Assembly (NCBI GenBank): GCA_964016885.1
Contig: OZ024746.1
Location: 57,970,001-58,034,000 of the forward strand
Direction: 5' to 3'
Length of the DNA stretch: 64,000 nucleotides
From: Eledone cirrhosa
Lineage: Eukaryota
The stretch's first letter is position 1, and each line of letters starts with the position of its first letter. Shown piece after piece: positions 27,945 to 41,132 of the stretch. The position numbers and the translations under genes are program-made. Under the pieces are notes generated by a model, which was not told the origin of the DNA, did not search any database, and was given only the letters and a program-made list of their open reading frames with translations.

Positions 27945-29138
27945 TTGTTACATAATAAGGTTATGTTTCCGAGGCAATCTTCTATGTCTGTTTTTCTTTG
28001 GTATTGTTCCATGTGATGGAAATTATGACTGTACCAGGTTGACTAATGCCATGAATGCTGTAGCTTACCCTCCGTTCTAATGTACGGCACTGTCGTTCAA
28101 TATGTGGATAGAGTAACTGTGACACTAGAACCCCTCACAGAACTTCTTACTTAAACATCTCTCTTCAAATTATTTACTCACTTCAATCTATATTTTTTTA
28201 CTCACCTCAATCCGAATTCTCACTTGAAAAAAATGTCTAACTTTTAATTACTAATTGTTAATTTTTTAATTGTTTAATTTATAATTTCTGATACTTGATT
28301 TAGGACTTTAATTTTTATTTCCAACTCTCACTCTTAACTTACAATGTAAAATCATGATACCTAGAATTAAGTTCATTTTCTCTTTGAGTTGATGGTCAGT
28401 CGTACTGTCCACGCTAGGTGAGAGGTAGTGTTATGACCTGTAAAAACTAACACTCTCCCACCCCCTCTGGCTTTCGACTGACTACCACAGTCGAGATGGG
28501 TAGCAGTAAACTATGGTACGGACCATTGTGTCACTGAGAGGGTGAACTGACTAAGCGAATTTCGTTGAAATCTGCGGTAGCTAATGGTCAACTTCCTTCG
28601 GACATGTGCACGCGCAGACCGGTGGGGGTGAATTGGAACTCACAGGGGAACGGGTGATAAACCCAAAAGCACGCATTTCATCCGTTCCCATGTCGATTCA
28701 ATTTGGATTGCCTCGGAAACATGACCTTATTATGTAACAAGCTGCCTGATGATGTCACGACACTCGCACACAGAACAGTGTGGCCAGTGTCGCCATTGGA
28801 ATATATATCACAGCATCATTGCAGTATCGGTAGAGGGTCAGACGCCATGCTTTCCAGCATAGTTACGTCCCTTTACGATCTGAGTTCAAATCCCGCCGAG
28901 GTTAACTTTGCCTTTCATCCTTACGGGGTCGATAAAATAAAGTACCAGTAATGCACTGGATAATTGCTGGCCTTGTGCCTAAAGTAGAAACAATTATTAT
29001 TAAAGGACTTGAACATCTGAAACTACTTCGCTCTTCCTTATTCGATATTTACTCCGTCACTCCTATGTGGAAAGAGTACGTTGAGTGCTTGAATTGAATT
29101 GCATCAATATTTACCCTAAAATATATACATATATATAT

Positions 29139-29435
<297 letters not shown>

Positions 29436-30200
29436 TTATATATATGTATATATATATATATATATAGCGGCGATGAATTAGTTTAGCGAGGTTTTTTATA
29501 TGAAATCGTGTGTCGAAACAGATATTGTTATTAATTCTGGCAATATTACGCAAATATGACCCTCCCCAAGTATAACAATATATATATATATATATATATC
29601 ATAAAACTAGGCTGCGCTTTCTAGCAATAAACCTACCCGCCGTAAGCAAGTAATCACATCCTTTCTAACTAGACGCCTGCCACGTCACGATTCTTAGCCA
29701 TTTTTTAATGTATTTTTGGCGCGATCACTTTGGAAAATTAAATGTCTTATTTTGAGCTCGCTCCTGATGATTTCGAAGCTCTGGACATTCGTTGTTATCG
29801 GATGTCTTAAAATACGGATCAAACCATGGTAGAGGTAATTAGGTATGTACGCAATACTTCTAAGTTCAATTTTACACCTGATTGTGTTTAGTTGACTGTA
29901 TATCTGGTCGATTTTTACATGCTGTCGAAATGTTAGATAAATAATCTATTGTAGCCACCGCGAAGGGGCTGCTTTCGGTTATTTGTCGGAGATTTCTTCA
30001 TAGGAGCCTTTCTTCTTATAGCATGTTCTAATTGATTTTTGATATGGTTAATTATACTAATTGGGAGAGGAAATGGTATATATTATATCTAGTGATTCTA
30101 AAGACATATTTTATGATATATAGCTCTGATTATTTAATTTAACTTATTAATTTCTCATTGAGCCACAACGTGACCGGTTGCAAAACACATATATATCTAC

Positions 30201-30278
<78 letters not shown>

Positions 30279-30433
30279 GTATACACAGGTGTGTATGATT
30301 GTGTATAGAAGATTATATTAATAAGAGGAATTCCAACTTTGTCTGATTTACTCGTTTTATTTACAATCCTTTAAAATTTATAATGGTATTATAATGAAAT
30401 AGTATGATAGAATATTAAATTCTAAGTGTTAAT

Positions 30434-30472
30434 TGAACAAGTACTTTCATGCTTTCGCAATCTTCAGGTTCA
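30434..30472 (-). ncRNA. Minimal type-I hammerhead ribozyme in pLTR
   Basis: Reverse complement of the motif at 33673-33711. Confidence 0.8.
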
Positions 30473-30786
30473 TAATATGTGGTGACAGTCAAGTTTGCAA
30501 TTTTCAACTGTAATAAGATGGGTAAATTTTCTACCTTTTCTACATTTTATACAGGGAAAAGTGGCTCCAGAATCCTAAGTCTTGCAAACTGTATTTCGAC
30601 CAATCAGTGTGTAGTTTCACTGAATTACTAAAGCTGATTGGTTTAAGCGTCACGGCTAGTTGAGTATGTCTAACGACCAATAATTAATCATATCCAAAGC
30701 ATCAATTGTTTTGCTATTTTTAGAAATTATGAAAATAGCATTTTCTATTAATCATCACCATCAACATCACTTTTATTATTATTATT

Positions 30787-30819
<33 letters not shown>

Positions 30820-30866
30820 AGTGGTCGTAGTCATAGTGATAGTAGAAGTAATACAAATAAGCGTTA

Positions 30867-32615
30867 TTATTGTTCATTTAGCTTGGGTTTGAATTTATCA
30901 ATAACATTCTTTTCTTTGATTTTTCTCTTGATTTCACTTGGGCTGTGTAATTTGTAGAATGGGAATATTATAAATATTCCCTGACCACATGTTGCTAGAT
31001 GGTTACTTAGCGGTATCTGACGGACATTTGGGTCTCTGATTTGTTGACGGTGTACCCGTGCACGTTCCGATAGTGCATTTCCAGTTTGACCGACATATAG
31101 TTTTTCACAATTCGGGCATTTAATGCAGTAAATTAGATTTCTGCTTTTGCAGTTCATATTTGCATTTGGGAATATTTTTCCAGTTTTTGTTTTCATATAT
31201 TCACCGGCGTGTATGGATTGACATGTGCCGCATCGACTATCATTGCATTTAGATACAGTGAATGATTGGTCTTTGTTGTTAAGGTCAAACTTTGCTTTTG
31301 TTAGTAATTGCTTCAAATTTTTTGGCTGTCTTTTACTAAGAGTCAAAGATCGATCTGTGATTAAGCCTTTTAATTCATTACTTTGAGCAATGATCGGTAG
31401 GTTTGCTTTGGCAGTGTTGAAGATATTCTGGTGACATGGGTTGTGTGTCATTATAAATGGTATGACCAGTTCTTGGTTTCTTCTTCCTTGGGTTGTCCTA
31501 AGTTGTGGTATAGCTATTTTTATAGCCCGCTGTATGCCATTTTCTATAAGTAGAGATGGGTATTTTTGTTTGAGCAAAAATTCTCTTAGTTCTGTTAGGC
31601 GTTTGTACCTGGTATTCGTATCTTCTACAATGGTACACATTATTCTGGCTAGGCAGTATGGGATGTTGCGTTTTGTATGAAGTGGATGGCACGACTTAAA
31701 ATTCAGATATTGATGGGTGTCTGTGTGTTTATAATATATATCCGTGGTAATGGTGGTGTCGTTTTTGATTAGCATTATATCTAGGAATGGTAATTTGGTC
31801 CTACTCATCTCTTTTGTGAATTGGAGAGATGGGGGTAGGTTATTCAGGAGGATATTGAACTCATCCAGAGTATCTAGAGATTCTGTCCAGATGATGAAAC
31901 AGTCGTCAAGGTATCTCTTCCAAGATTGTTTAATGTACTTTCTAAAGTCAGTACTATATTTTTCCTCTATTTCTTGGTAGAGTTGTTGTTCTAAGTATCC
32001 CATTACAGAGTTCGCGTAAACGGGAGCAAACTTCGTTCCCATCGCTGTGCCTCTAATTTGGATGTAATTATTTCCATTGAAGAAGAAAGTGTTGTTTTCC
32101 AGAATAAGTTTAACTGCGTCTAATATAAATGGCGCTCTGAATCTGATGGGAATCACTTCTCTATGTTTTTCCACCCAGTATTTAACCGCCTTTATTCCTA
32201 AATCATGTGTAATGTTGGTTTAAAGGCTTACCACATCAAAACTTAGTAGAAGTGAATTCGTTTCCGTGGTTTTGGGAAGATGGGACAGGAAGTCGATATC
32301 ATCCCGGATGAAACTGGGTATGTGAATACATAGTGGTTTCAAAATAATGTCAACAACATTGCTTTGACGGGGGGTGGGGCATGTTGGACCAGCTATAATA
32401 GGTCTAAGTTTTAAGTCTTTTGGGTGTAATAATTTAATCTACTCACTGTTTTGTTCTCTTACTGCAAGTTGTATTTCTTTTGACATATGAACTTTCGGTA
32501 GGCCATACAGGTTGCTGGGTTTCGGCTCAAAATTGGTGATGTAGTCTCTGTTTCCTTATCAGTAAGTGAGTTGTGGTATTTTGAAGCCAGGTTGTTGATC
32601 TTCTTCATGATGTTG
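30867..32615 (-). pseudogene. PLE reverse transcriptase + GIY-YIG endonuclease (435-aa open part; upstream stops and frameshift)
   Basis: YGLPKVH, LRPII, SFDVVSL*TNI, GTAMGT, WKRYLDDCF, LPFLDI, linker CNDSRCGTC, NLIYCIKCPNCEKLYVGQT. Confidence 0.9.
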
Positions 32616-32616
32616 T

Positions 32617-33278
32617 GGGCTATAAAAATACCTATACAACAACTTAGGACAACCCAAGGAAGAAGAAACCAAGAACTGGTCATACCATTTATAATGACAC
32701 ACAACCCATGTCACCAGAATATCTTCAACACTGCCAAAGCAAACCTACCGATCATTGCTCAAAGTAATGAATTAAAAGGCTTAATCACAGATCGATCTTT
32801 GACTCTTAGTAAAAGACAGCCAAAAAATTTGAAGCAATTACTAACAAAAGCAAAGTTTGACCTTAACAACAAAGACCAATCATTCACTGTATCTAAATGC
32901 AATGATAGTCGATGCGGCACATGTCAATCCATACACGCCGGTGAATATATGAAAACAAAAACTGGAAAAATATTCCCAAATGCAAATATGAACTGCAAAA
33001 GCAGAAATCTAATTTACTGCATTAAATGCCCGAATTGTGAAGAACTATATGTCGGTCAAACTGGAAATGCACTATCGAAACGTGCACGGGTACACCGTCA
33101 ACAAATCAGAGACCCAAATGTCCGTCAGATACCGCTAAGTAACCATCTAGCAACATGTGGTCAGGGAATATTTATAATATTCCCATTCTACAAATTACAC
33201 AGCCCAAGTGAAATCAAGAGAAAAATCAAAGAAAAGAATGTTATTGATAAATTCAAACCCAAGCTAAATGAACAATAA
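32617..33278 (+). pseudogene. Inverted duplicate of the GIY-YIG coding 3' end (part of the pLTR)
   Basis: Nearly identical to the C-terminal ~220 aa of the 30867-32174 ORF. Confidence 0.88.
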
Positions 33279-33325
33279 TAACGCTTATTTGTATTACTTC
33301 TACTATCACTATGACTACGACCACT

Positions 33326-33358
<33 letters not shown>

Positions 33359-33672
33359 AATAATAATAATAAAAGTAATGTTGATGGTGATGATTAATAG
33401 AAAATGCTATTTTCATAATTTCTAAAAATAGCAAAACAATTGATGCTTTGGATATGATTAATTATTGGTCGTTAGACATACTCAACTAGCCGTGACGCTT
33501 AAACCAATCAGCTTTAGTAATTCAGTGAAACTACACACTGATTGGTCGAAATACAGTTTGCAAGACTTAGGATTCTGGAGCCACTTTTCCCTGTATAAAA
33601 TGTAGAAAAGGTAGAAAATTTATCCATCTTATTACAGTTGAAAATTGCAAACTTGACTGTCACCACATATTA

Positions 33673-33711
33673 TGAACCTGAAGATTGCGAAAGCATGAAA
33701 GTACTTGTTCA
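33673..33711 (+). ncRNA. Minimal type-I hammerhead ribozyme in inverted pLTR
   Basis: TGAAC-CTGAAGA-T-TGC(gaaa)GCA-T-GAAA-GTAC-TT-GTTCA; palindromic stem III AGTACT. Confidence 0.8.
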
Positions 33712-33945
33712 ATTAACACTTAGAATTTAATATTCTATCATACTATTTCATTATAATACCATTATACATTTTAAAGGATTGTAAATAAAACGAGTAAATC
33801 AGACAAAGTTGGAATTCCTCTTATTAATATATATATATATATATATATATATAACGAAGGAAACGTGGTAAGGAACCAGGTGGACCATAACGCACCAAAG
33901 TACTCAATACTTGAGGTAGTAGAGTGGGTAATAGGAACCAGTAAG

Positions 33946-34039
33946 ACCCCGACAGCTGAGCTCAAGCCGTTTCGACGGCTAATTCTGGACTAAATGAAAA
34001 TTTGTCCTGGTATTTAAATAGCCGATCTTCTCAAGGGGT
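33946..34039 (-). ncRNA. Type-I hammerhead ribozyme, U3-A8 core variant
   Basis: ACCCC-TTGAGAA-GATCGGCTA...TAGCCGTC-GAAA-CGGCT(tgagctc)AGCTG-TC-GGGGT. Confidence 0.8.
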
Positions 34040-35136
34040 AATTCCATATATGGTCAAAGTGATTGTCAAAAATCAGTAGTAATTCTGTGGTTGCAAATTA
34101 GTAGGGGAGATGGTGGCTAAACCTGCCAGTAGGAGAAGGAGGGGAGGGGCTGGAGTAGACCCAATCAAGCGTTGGTAGTGCCAGCTACAGCTGGGCATGA
34201 GGTCAAAGAAGATACAGGGGAGGGGGAGGGGGAGGAAGTCGGAACGGTAGGTAGAACAATGGGGGGTAGAAATATATAGGAAAGAAAAAATACTGAGAGT
34301 GGAGAAAAGCAAATAAGTGTAAAGAAAAAAGTAAAGTAAATTCTACGACCTAGGTCTCTAGCTATTGTTAGGCTAGAATAAATAAATAAATAAAGAAATA
34401 AAGAAGTAAAGAAAGAAATAAAGAAATAACGAAATAAGTAAAAGAACTAGGTGGGACGAGATAGGCAAGGACCCTTTTAAGAGGTATAAGTACGTAAATG
34501 ATACGGTGACGGGTCAACAAAAAGGGCCAAAATACTAAAGAGACTTCCACGAAATAAACAATAAAGGTTTCCATCCCGGGCACAATGCCAGCAACCACCC
34601 AGTGCAGCAAAGTGAACTAGTACGAGATAATAATTCTGAGTCCCGAGAAAAATATATACTAATGCTAACTCTAAAAGATCTCAAACAAGCTACATGAAAG
34701 TTCGTACGAAGTAAAGCTAGAATACGGGAAAATAAATTCAGAATCCACCCCGCCCAAAAGAAAAGCGAAGAAAGAAATACTGAAACGAAAAAATAAGGCA
34801 TAAGTGCCACTAAGAAATATAGAGGGCACAGAGAATAGTGGGAGCGGTCGGAAAAAGGGGACAAGTATCCGGGGTCTAAACCAACTGCTATAAAGGGCGA
34901 AGTCCGCCAAATCTATCATAGACTAGGGGAGGGGGTGGGGGTACTAAGGCTACAAGGGGCCAAAGGGCAGCCTCGGGTGGGCGAGAAAAGACGCCGACAA
35001 AGGAGAAGAGCTGGGGTAGAAGGACTAAGGAGAGAGGGGGGGAGGAAATAAAGGAAGCGATAAAAGAATACAAAGAAGATCTTACGTCTCCCTTGGCAAG
35101 CAGGGGTTACACATTGCAAAATCGGCAAGTGGGGTG

Positions 35137-37305
35137 TTATAGCCCTAGTCTACCCCCCCCGGGGTCATTATGGGGTTTGAGGGCGAGGTAAGTCCTACGC
35201 AATCTATGTTTACATGCAGTAACCAGTTCATCTTTCTTGTTTAGGAGTTGGTCCGTCGAAAACAGCATTTGTAAAGTTTCCTCCGAGCATAAATTGCACG
35301 GACGGCGTCCTCCCGTGTAAGAATTGGCTCTGGACAGTAATCTCCAAGTGAGATCATAGGTGATGTTGTTGTCCTTGAGGTCCCATATGTGGCCCGAAAG
35401 TGTAGTGGCGTGACGCCGGGCCGGGTTTCGGAAGGTATGTCTATGTTGGTATAGCCGGGTCTTGAAGTCACATGCGGTAAGTCCTATATAGGCTTTGTTG
35501 GAGGTATCCGTCCTCACGTTGCACTGGTAGATCACATTACGGTCTCTGCATCTATTGTCGAGTGGGCAAATGGATCTATCCGGGCAGTTAGACCTCCTGG
35601 TCGGTTCTCCACTGCTATTTAGGTTATTTCTGCCATCGGGGTTGAGTTTTTTGTTGTTAGAGGAGACGATGTTTTGTGCGAAGTTTGGTGTAGTGCTGTA
35701 AGAGAGTTTGATGGTATTTTTGTTAATTATGTTGTGGTAGCGGTGTTGTAATGGGAAGTGTTTTTCAATGAGCCTAAAGAATAGTTTCCCGATGGGAGTT
35801 GTCACCTCTGCGTTGTGGGGAGGATTGAACCATGTCACATTGTGTGAGCGGCGGTGTCTCCTGCTGGTTCCGCTAATGGGAACTGGACAGTAGGATATTT
35901 CCTCCCGGAAACCACTCCGCTTGAGGGCCTGGTTGTAATAATGCGCATGTTCATCGAATATCCGCTCATTAGCTGACAAACGGGATATGCGGAGGGAGAT
36001 GTTTTTGACCAGGTTGTTTGTAATGTTCCTAGGATGGTTTGATCGGCGGTGGATGTAGTGCAGATTGTCATTAGGTTTCCTGTATGGGTAGTACAGGTCG
36101 TTTTCGAGGTCGAGGGTCACGTCCAGGAAGTTTACTCGGGTCAGGGACGTTTGTAGGGTTATTTTAAATCCCCAGTCGCGGAAGAATCTGATTAATTGTT
36201 TCCGGACCCGATCTGTACTACTGGGGTTGTACCCTTTAAGGGTAAGGAGCCCATCATCACGGTACAATCCACCACCGAATGCAGGAAACATATCAGTGAG
36301 TTTGGCTATTAGGAATAATCCTATAAGATCTGTGACCTCCGCCGAATCCGTGGCGCCCATGCTGACGTCGAAGGGTGAGTCGGGAGCTCTTTTTATCCAT
36401 TTAGAGTCGTCAAAGAGTAAGACTGTCTTCCTGGCGTGGAGGATGATTTTTTTTTCCTGGTCGGTGATGGGCACAAGTGTTTCGGCGAAGTCCAAGGCGG
36501 CAGTAAGTAGCGGTAAGGTGATTGAAGCATAGTAGCTCTCTATGTCGAACTGTATGAATTTAGTTTCTCGTTTATCCTCCATATTGCTGAACCAGGAGAT
36601 TACTTCCTGGGTGTTGATCCATAGGCTAAGTCGGGTGTGTTGCTTGACTTTTGGTATCACGCGGTCTAGGATTTTTTTGCTGATTCTCCCTATGTCGGAC
36701 TTCGTTGGGTTAATAAGCCTGATAGAGGGTTTACGGTCAAAATCGGATTTATGGTCCTTCAGTGTGAAGTATGGTGTCCGTGGGTCTAGAGGTTCCGTGC
36801 GGTCGGCGACCCCGAGGCTGGAGGTAATTTGTTGTCCATGTCGATTTATGTCCTCGATGCAAGAGTGGTTGGCCTTTTTATAGGTGGAGTTTAGGCTGCT
36901 CCTGATCGGTGTGTGGTATCTGTCAGGGTTGACAAATTATAGGTTCCCAGTTTTATCCGAATGCACCATGATGTCATTTGTGTTATCATACTCTGTTAAG
37001 TTGCTACGGAGTTTTTGTAGGAATCGGTTGTGTCTGGGTTTAAATTTAATGTTCTTGACCAGTTGGAAGAGGTCATTCTCGAAGGGTGCGAGCAAGGGGT
37101 TCAGGGGCGGAGATTTGTAGGTAATAAATCCGAATCTCTCCTTGGTGCCGAAGTCTTGGTTGTCGCAATATCTGTCATAGAAAAAAGTTCTCCATCTAAG
37201 TCTTTTCGCAAATAGATCGATTTTTTGCGTGAGCATCCGAAGGTAAAGTTTTTTCGGTGGGATTGGGATATTCTTGGTAGAGAAGTCAATGTTGTGTTTT
37301 CGCAT
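35137..37305 (-). pseudogene. PLE RT + GIY-YIG polyprotein (722 codons, one internal TAA at 36937-36939)
   Basis: MRKHNIDFSTKNIP...DKTGNL*FVNP...TLKDHK..IRLINPTKSDIG..QFDIESYY..LYRDDGL..FLDV..VIYQC..YIGLT..CNLC; the upstream and downstream ORFs are in the same frame. Confidence 0.9.
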
Positions 37306-37490
37306 GGTGCGGGTGAAGTGAATTGAGCCTAGCGGAAAAGTCTGGATACGGCGTGGTAGGGTCGGAAAGTGCTCTACTACGGGAGTAGGAGCTAGATAAC
37401 GAAGGAAATGTGGTAAGGAACCAGGTGGACCATAACGCACCAAAGTACTCAATACTTGAGGTAGTAGAGTGGGTAATAGGAACCAGTAAG

Positions 37491-37584
37491 ACCCCGACAG
37501 CTGAGCTCAAGCCGTTTCGACGGCTAATTCTGGACTAAATGAAAATTTGTCCTGGTATTTAAATAGCCGATCTTCTCAAGGGGT
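37491..37584 (-). ncRNA. Type-I hammerhead ribozyme, U3-A8 variant (copy 2)
   Basis: Matches 33946-34039. Confidence 0.8.
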
Positions 37585-38684
37585 AATTCCATATATGGTC
37601 AAAGTGATTGTCAAAAATCAGTAGTAATTCTGTGGTTGCAAATTAGTAGGGGAGATGGTGGCTAAACCTGCCAGTAGGAGAAGGAGGGGAGGGGCTGGAG
37701 TAGACCCAATCAAGCGTTGGTAGTGCCAGCTACAGCTGGGCATGAGGTCAAAGAAGATACAGGGGAGGGGGAGGGGGAGGAAGTCGGAACGGTAGGTAGA
37801 ACAATGGGGGGTAGAAATATATAGGAAAGAAAAAATACTGAGAGTGGAGAAAAGCAAATAAGTGTAAAGAAAAAAGTAAAGTAAATTCTACGACCTAGGT
37901 CTCTAGCTATTGTTAGGCTAGAATAAATAAATAAATAAAGAAAGAAAGAAGTAAAGAAAGAAATAAAGAAATAACGAAATAAGTAAAAGAACTAGGTGGG
38001 ACGAGATAGGCAAGGACCCTTTTAAGAGGTATAAGTACGTAAATGATACGGTGACGGGTCAACAAAAGGGGCCAAAATACTAAAGAGACTACCACGAAAT
38101 AAACAATAAAGGTTTCCATCCCGGCACAATGCCAGCAACCATCCAGTGCAGCAAAGTGAACTAGTACGAGATAATAATTCTGAGTCCCGAGAAAAATATA
38201 TACTAATGCTAACTCTAAAAGATCTAAAACAAGCTACATGAAAGTTCGTACGAAGTAAAGGTAGAATACGGAAAAATAAATTCAGAATCCACCCCGCCCA
38301 AAAGAAAAGCGAAGAAAGAAATACTGAAACGAAAAAATAAGGCATAATTGCCACTAAGAAATATAGAGGGCACAGAGAATAGTGGGAGCGGTCGGAAAAA
38401 GGGGACAAGTATCCGGGGTCTAAACCAACTGCTATAAAGGGCGAAGTCCGCCAAATCTATCATAGACTAGGGGAGGGGGTGGGGGTACTAAGGCTACAAG
38501 GGGCCAAAGGGCAGCCTCGGGTGGGCGAGAAAAGACGCCGACAAAGGAGAAGAGCTGGGGTAGAAGGACTAAGGAGAGAGGGGGGGAGGAAATAAAGGAA
38601 GCGATAAAAGAATACAAAGAAGATCTTACGTCTGTCTCCCTTGGCAAGCAGGGGTTACACATTGCAAAATCGGCAAGTGGGGTG

Positions 38685-40853
38685 TTATAGCCCTAGTCTA
38701 CCCCCCCCGGGGTCATTATGGGGTTTGAGGGCGAGGTAAGTCCTACGCAATCTATGTTTACATGCAGTAACCAGTTCATCTTTCTTGTTTAGGAGTTGGT
38801 CCGTCGAAAACAGCATTTGTAAAGTTTCCTCCGAGCATAAATTGCACGGACGGCGTCCTCCCGTGTAAGAATTGGCTCTGGACAGTAATCTCCAAGTGAG
38901 ATCATAGGTGATGTTGTTGTCCTTGAGGTCCCATATGTGGCCCGAAAGTGTAGTGGCGTGACGCCGGGCCGGGTTTCGGAAGGTATGTCTATGTTGGTAT
39001 AGCCGGGTCTTGAAGTCACATGCGGTAAGTCCTATATAGGCTTTGTTGGAGGTATCCGTCCTCACGTTGCACTGGTAGATCACATTACGGTCTCTGCATC
39101 TATTGTCGAGTGGGCAAATGGATCTATCCGGGCAGTTAGACCTCCTGGTCGGTTCTCCACTGCTATTTAGGTTATTTCTGCCATCGGGGTTGAGTTTTTT
39201 GTTGTTAGAGGAGACGATGTTTTGTGCGAAGTTTGGTGTAGTGCTGTAAGAGAGTTTGATGGTATTTTTGTTAATTATGTTGTGGTAGCGGTGTTGTAAT
39301 GGGAAGTGTTTTTCAATGAGCCTAAAGAATAGTTTCCCGATGGGAGTTGTCACCTCTGCGTTGTGGGGAGGATTGAACCATGTCACATTGTGTGAGCGGC
39401 GGTGTCTCCTGCTGGTTCCGCTAATGGGAACTGGACAGTAGGATATTTCCTCCCGGAAACCACTCCGCTTGAGGGCCTGGTTGTAATAATGCGCATGTTC
39501 ATCGAATATCCGCTCATTAGCTGACAAACGGGATATGCGGAGGGAGATGTTTTTGACCAGGTTGTTTGTAATGTTCCTAGGATGGTTTGATCGGCGGTGG
39601 ATGTAGTGCAGATTGTCATTAGGTTTCCTGTATGGGTAGTACAGGTCGTTTTCGAGGTCGAGGGTCACGTCCAGGAAGTTTACTCGGGTCAGGGACGTTT
39701 GTAGGGTTATTTTAAATCCCCAGTCGCGGAAGAATCTGATTAATTGTTTCCGGACCCGATCTGTACTACTGGGGTTGTACCCTTTAAGGGTAAGGAGCCC
39801 ATCATCACGGTACAATCCACCACCGAATGCAGGAAACATATCAGTGAGTTTGGCTATTAGGAATAATCCTATAAGATCTGTGACCTCCGCCGAATCCGTG
39901 GCGCCCATGCTGACGTCGAAGGGTGAGTCGGGAGCTCTTTTTATCCATTTAGAGTCGTCAAAGAGTAAGACTGTCTTCCTGGCGTGGAGGATGATTTTTT
40001 TTTCCTGGTCGGTGATGGGCACAAGTGTTTCGGCGAAGTCCAAGGCGGCAGTAAGTAGCGGTAAGGTGATTGAAGCATAGTAGCTCTCTATGTCGAACTG
40101 TATGAATTTAGTTTCTCGTTTATCCTCCATATTGCTGAACCAGGAGATTACTTCCTGGGTGTTGATCCATAGGCTAAGTCGGGTGTGTTGCTTGACTTTT
40201 GGTATCACGCGGTCTAGGATTTTTTTGCTGATTCTCCCTATGTCGGACTTCGTTGGGTTAATAAGCCTGATAGAGGGTTTACGGTCAAAATCGGATTTAT
40301 GGTCCTTCAGTGTGAAGTATGGTGTCCGTGGGTCTAGAGGTTCCGTGCGGTCGGCGACCCCGAGGCTGGAGGTAATTTGTTGTCCATGTCGATTTATGTC
40401 CTCGATGCAAGAGTGGTTGGCCTTTTTATAGGTGGAGTTTAGGCTGCTCCTGATCGGTGTGTGGTATCTGTCAGGGTTGACAAATTATAGGTTCCCAGTT
40501 TTATCCGAATGCACCATGATGTCATTTGTGTTATCATACTCTGTTAAGTTGCTACGGAGTTTTTGTAGGAATCGGTTGTGTCTGGGTTTAAATTTAATGT
40601 TCTTGACCAGTTGGAAGAGGTCATTCTCGAAGGGTGCGAGCAAGGGGTTCAGGGGCGGAGATTTGTAGGTAATAAATCCGAATCTCTCCTTGGTGCCGAA
40701 GTCTTGGTTGTCGCAATATCTGTCATAGAAAAAAGTTCTCCATCTAAGTCTTTTCGCAAATAGATCGATTTTTTGCGTGAGCATCCGAAGGTAAAGTTTT
40801 TTCGGTGGGATTGGGATATTCTTGGTAGAGAAGTCAATGTTGTGTTTTCGCAT
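38685..40853 (-). pseudogene. PLE RT + GIY-YIG polyprotein, second copy (internal TAA at 40485-40487)
   Basis: The 507-aa and 171-aa translations are identical to those of the first copy. Confidence 0.9.
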
Positions 40854-41038
40854 GGTGCGGGTGAAGTGAATTGAGCCTAGCGGAAAAGTCTGGATACGGC
40901 GTGGTAGGGTCGGAAAGTGCTCTACTACGGGAGTAGGAGCTAGATAACGAAGGAAATGTGGTAAGGAACCAGGTGGACCATAACGCACCAAAGTACTCAA
41001 TACTTGAGGTAGTAGAGTGGGTAATAGGAACCAGTAAG

Positions 41039-41132
41039 ACCCCGACAGCTGAGCTCAAGCCGTTTCGACGGCTAATTCTGGACTAAATGAAAATTTATCC
41101 TGGTATTTAAATAGCCGATCTTCTCAAGGGGT
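41039..41132 (-). ncRNA. Type-I hammerhead ribozyme, U3-A8 variant (copy 3)
   Basis: Same motif with one change in the distal stem II. Confidence 0.8.

Larger units (their letters stand above)
27618..29118. mobile_element. PLE-like remnant with ~360-bp inverted arms, each containing an HHR and a SINE
   Basis: 27618-27980 is the reverse complement of 28705-29048; the 3' tail 29050-29118 is homologous to 22320-22390. Confidence 0.7.
30315..33830 (-). mobile_element. Penelope-like retroelement (Neptune-like), 5'-truncated, with inverted pseudo-LTR
   Basis: RT + GIY-YIG ORF on the minus strand; 30315-31528 is a near-perfect inverted repeat of 32617-33830. Confidence 0.92.

Noticed and set aside
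28541-28582. CTGACTA-AGCGAA/TTCGTT-GAAA, a second CUGACUA-type HHR candidate
   Set aside because: No convincing stem I or stem III by eye; worth rechecking only if CUGACUA cores prove real.
34216-34236. G-quadruplex-like G runs in the pLTR
   Set aside because: Only three runs of three or more G, on the non-sense strand; consistent with a pyrimidine-rich UTR.
36937-36939. Selenocysteine recoding as in Naiad PLEs
   Set aside because: The codon is UAA, not UGA, and the endonuclease is C-terminal rather than N-terminal.
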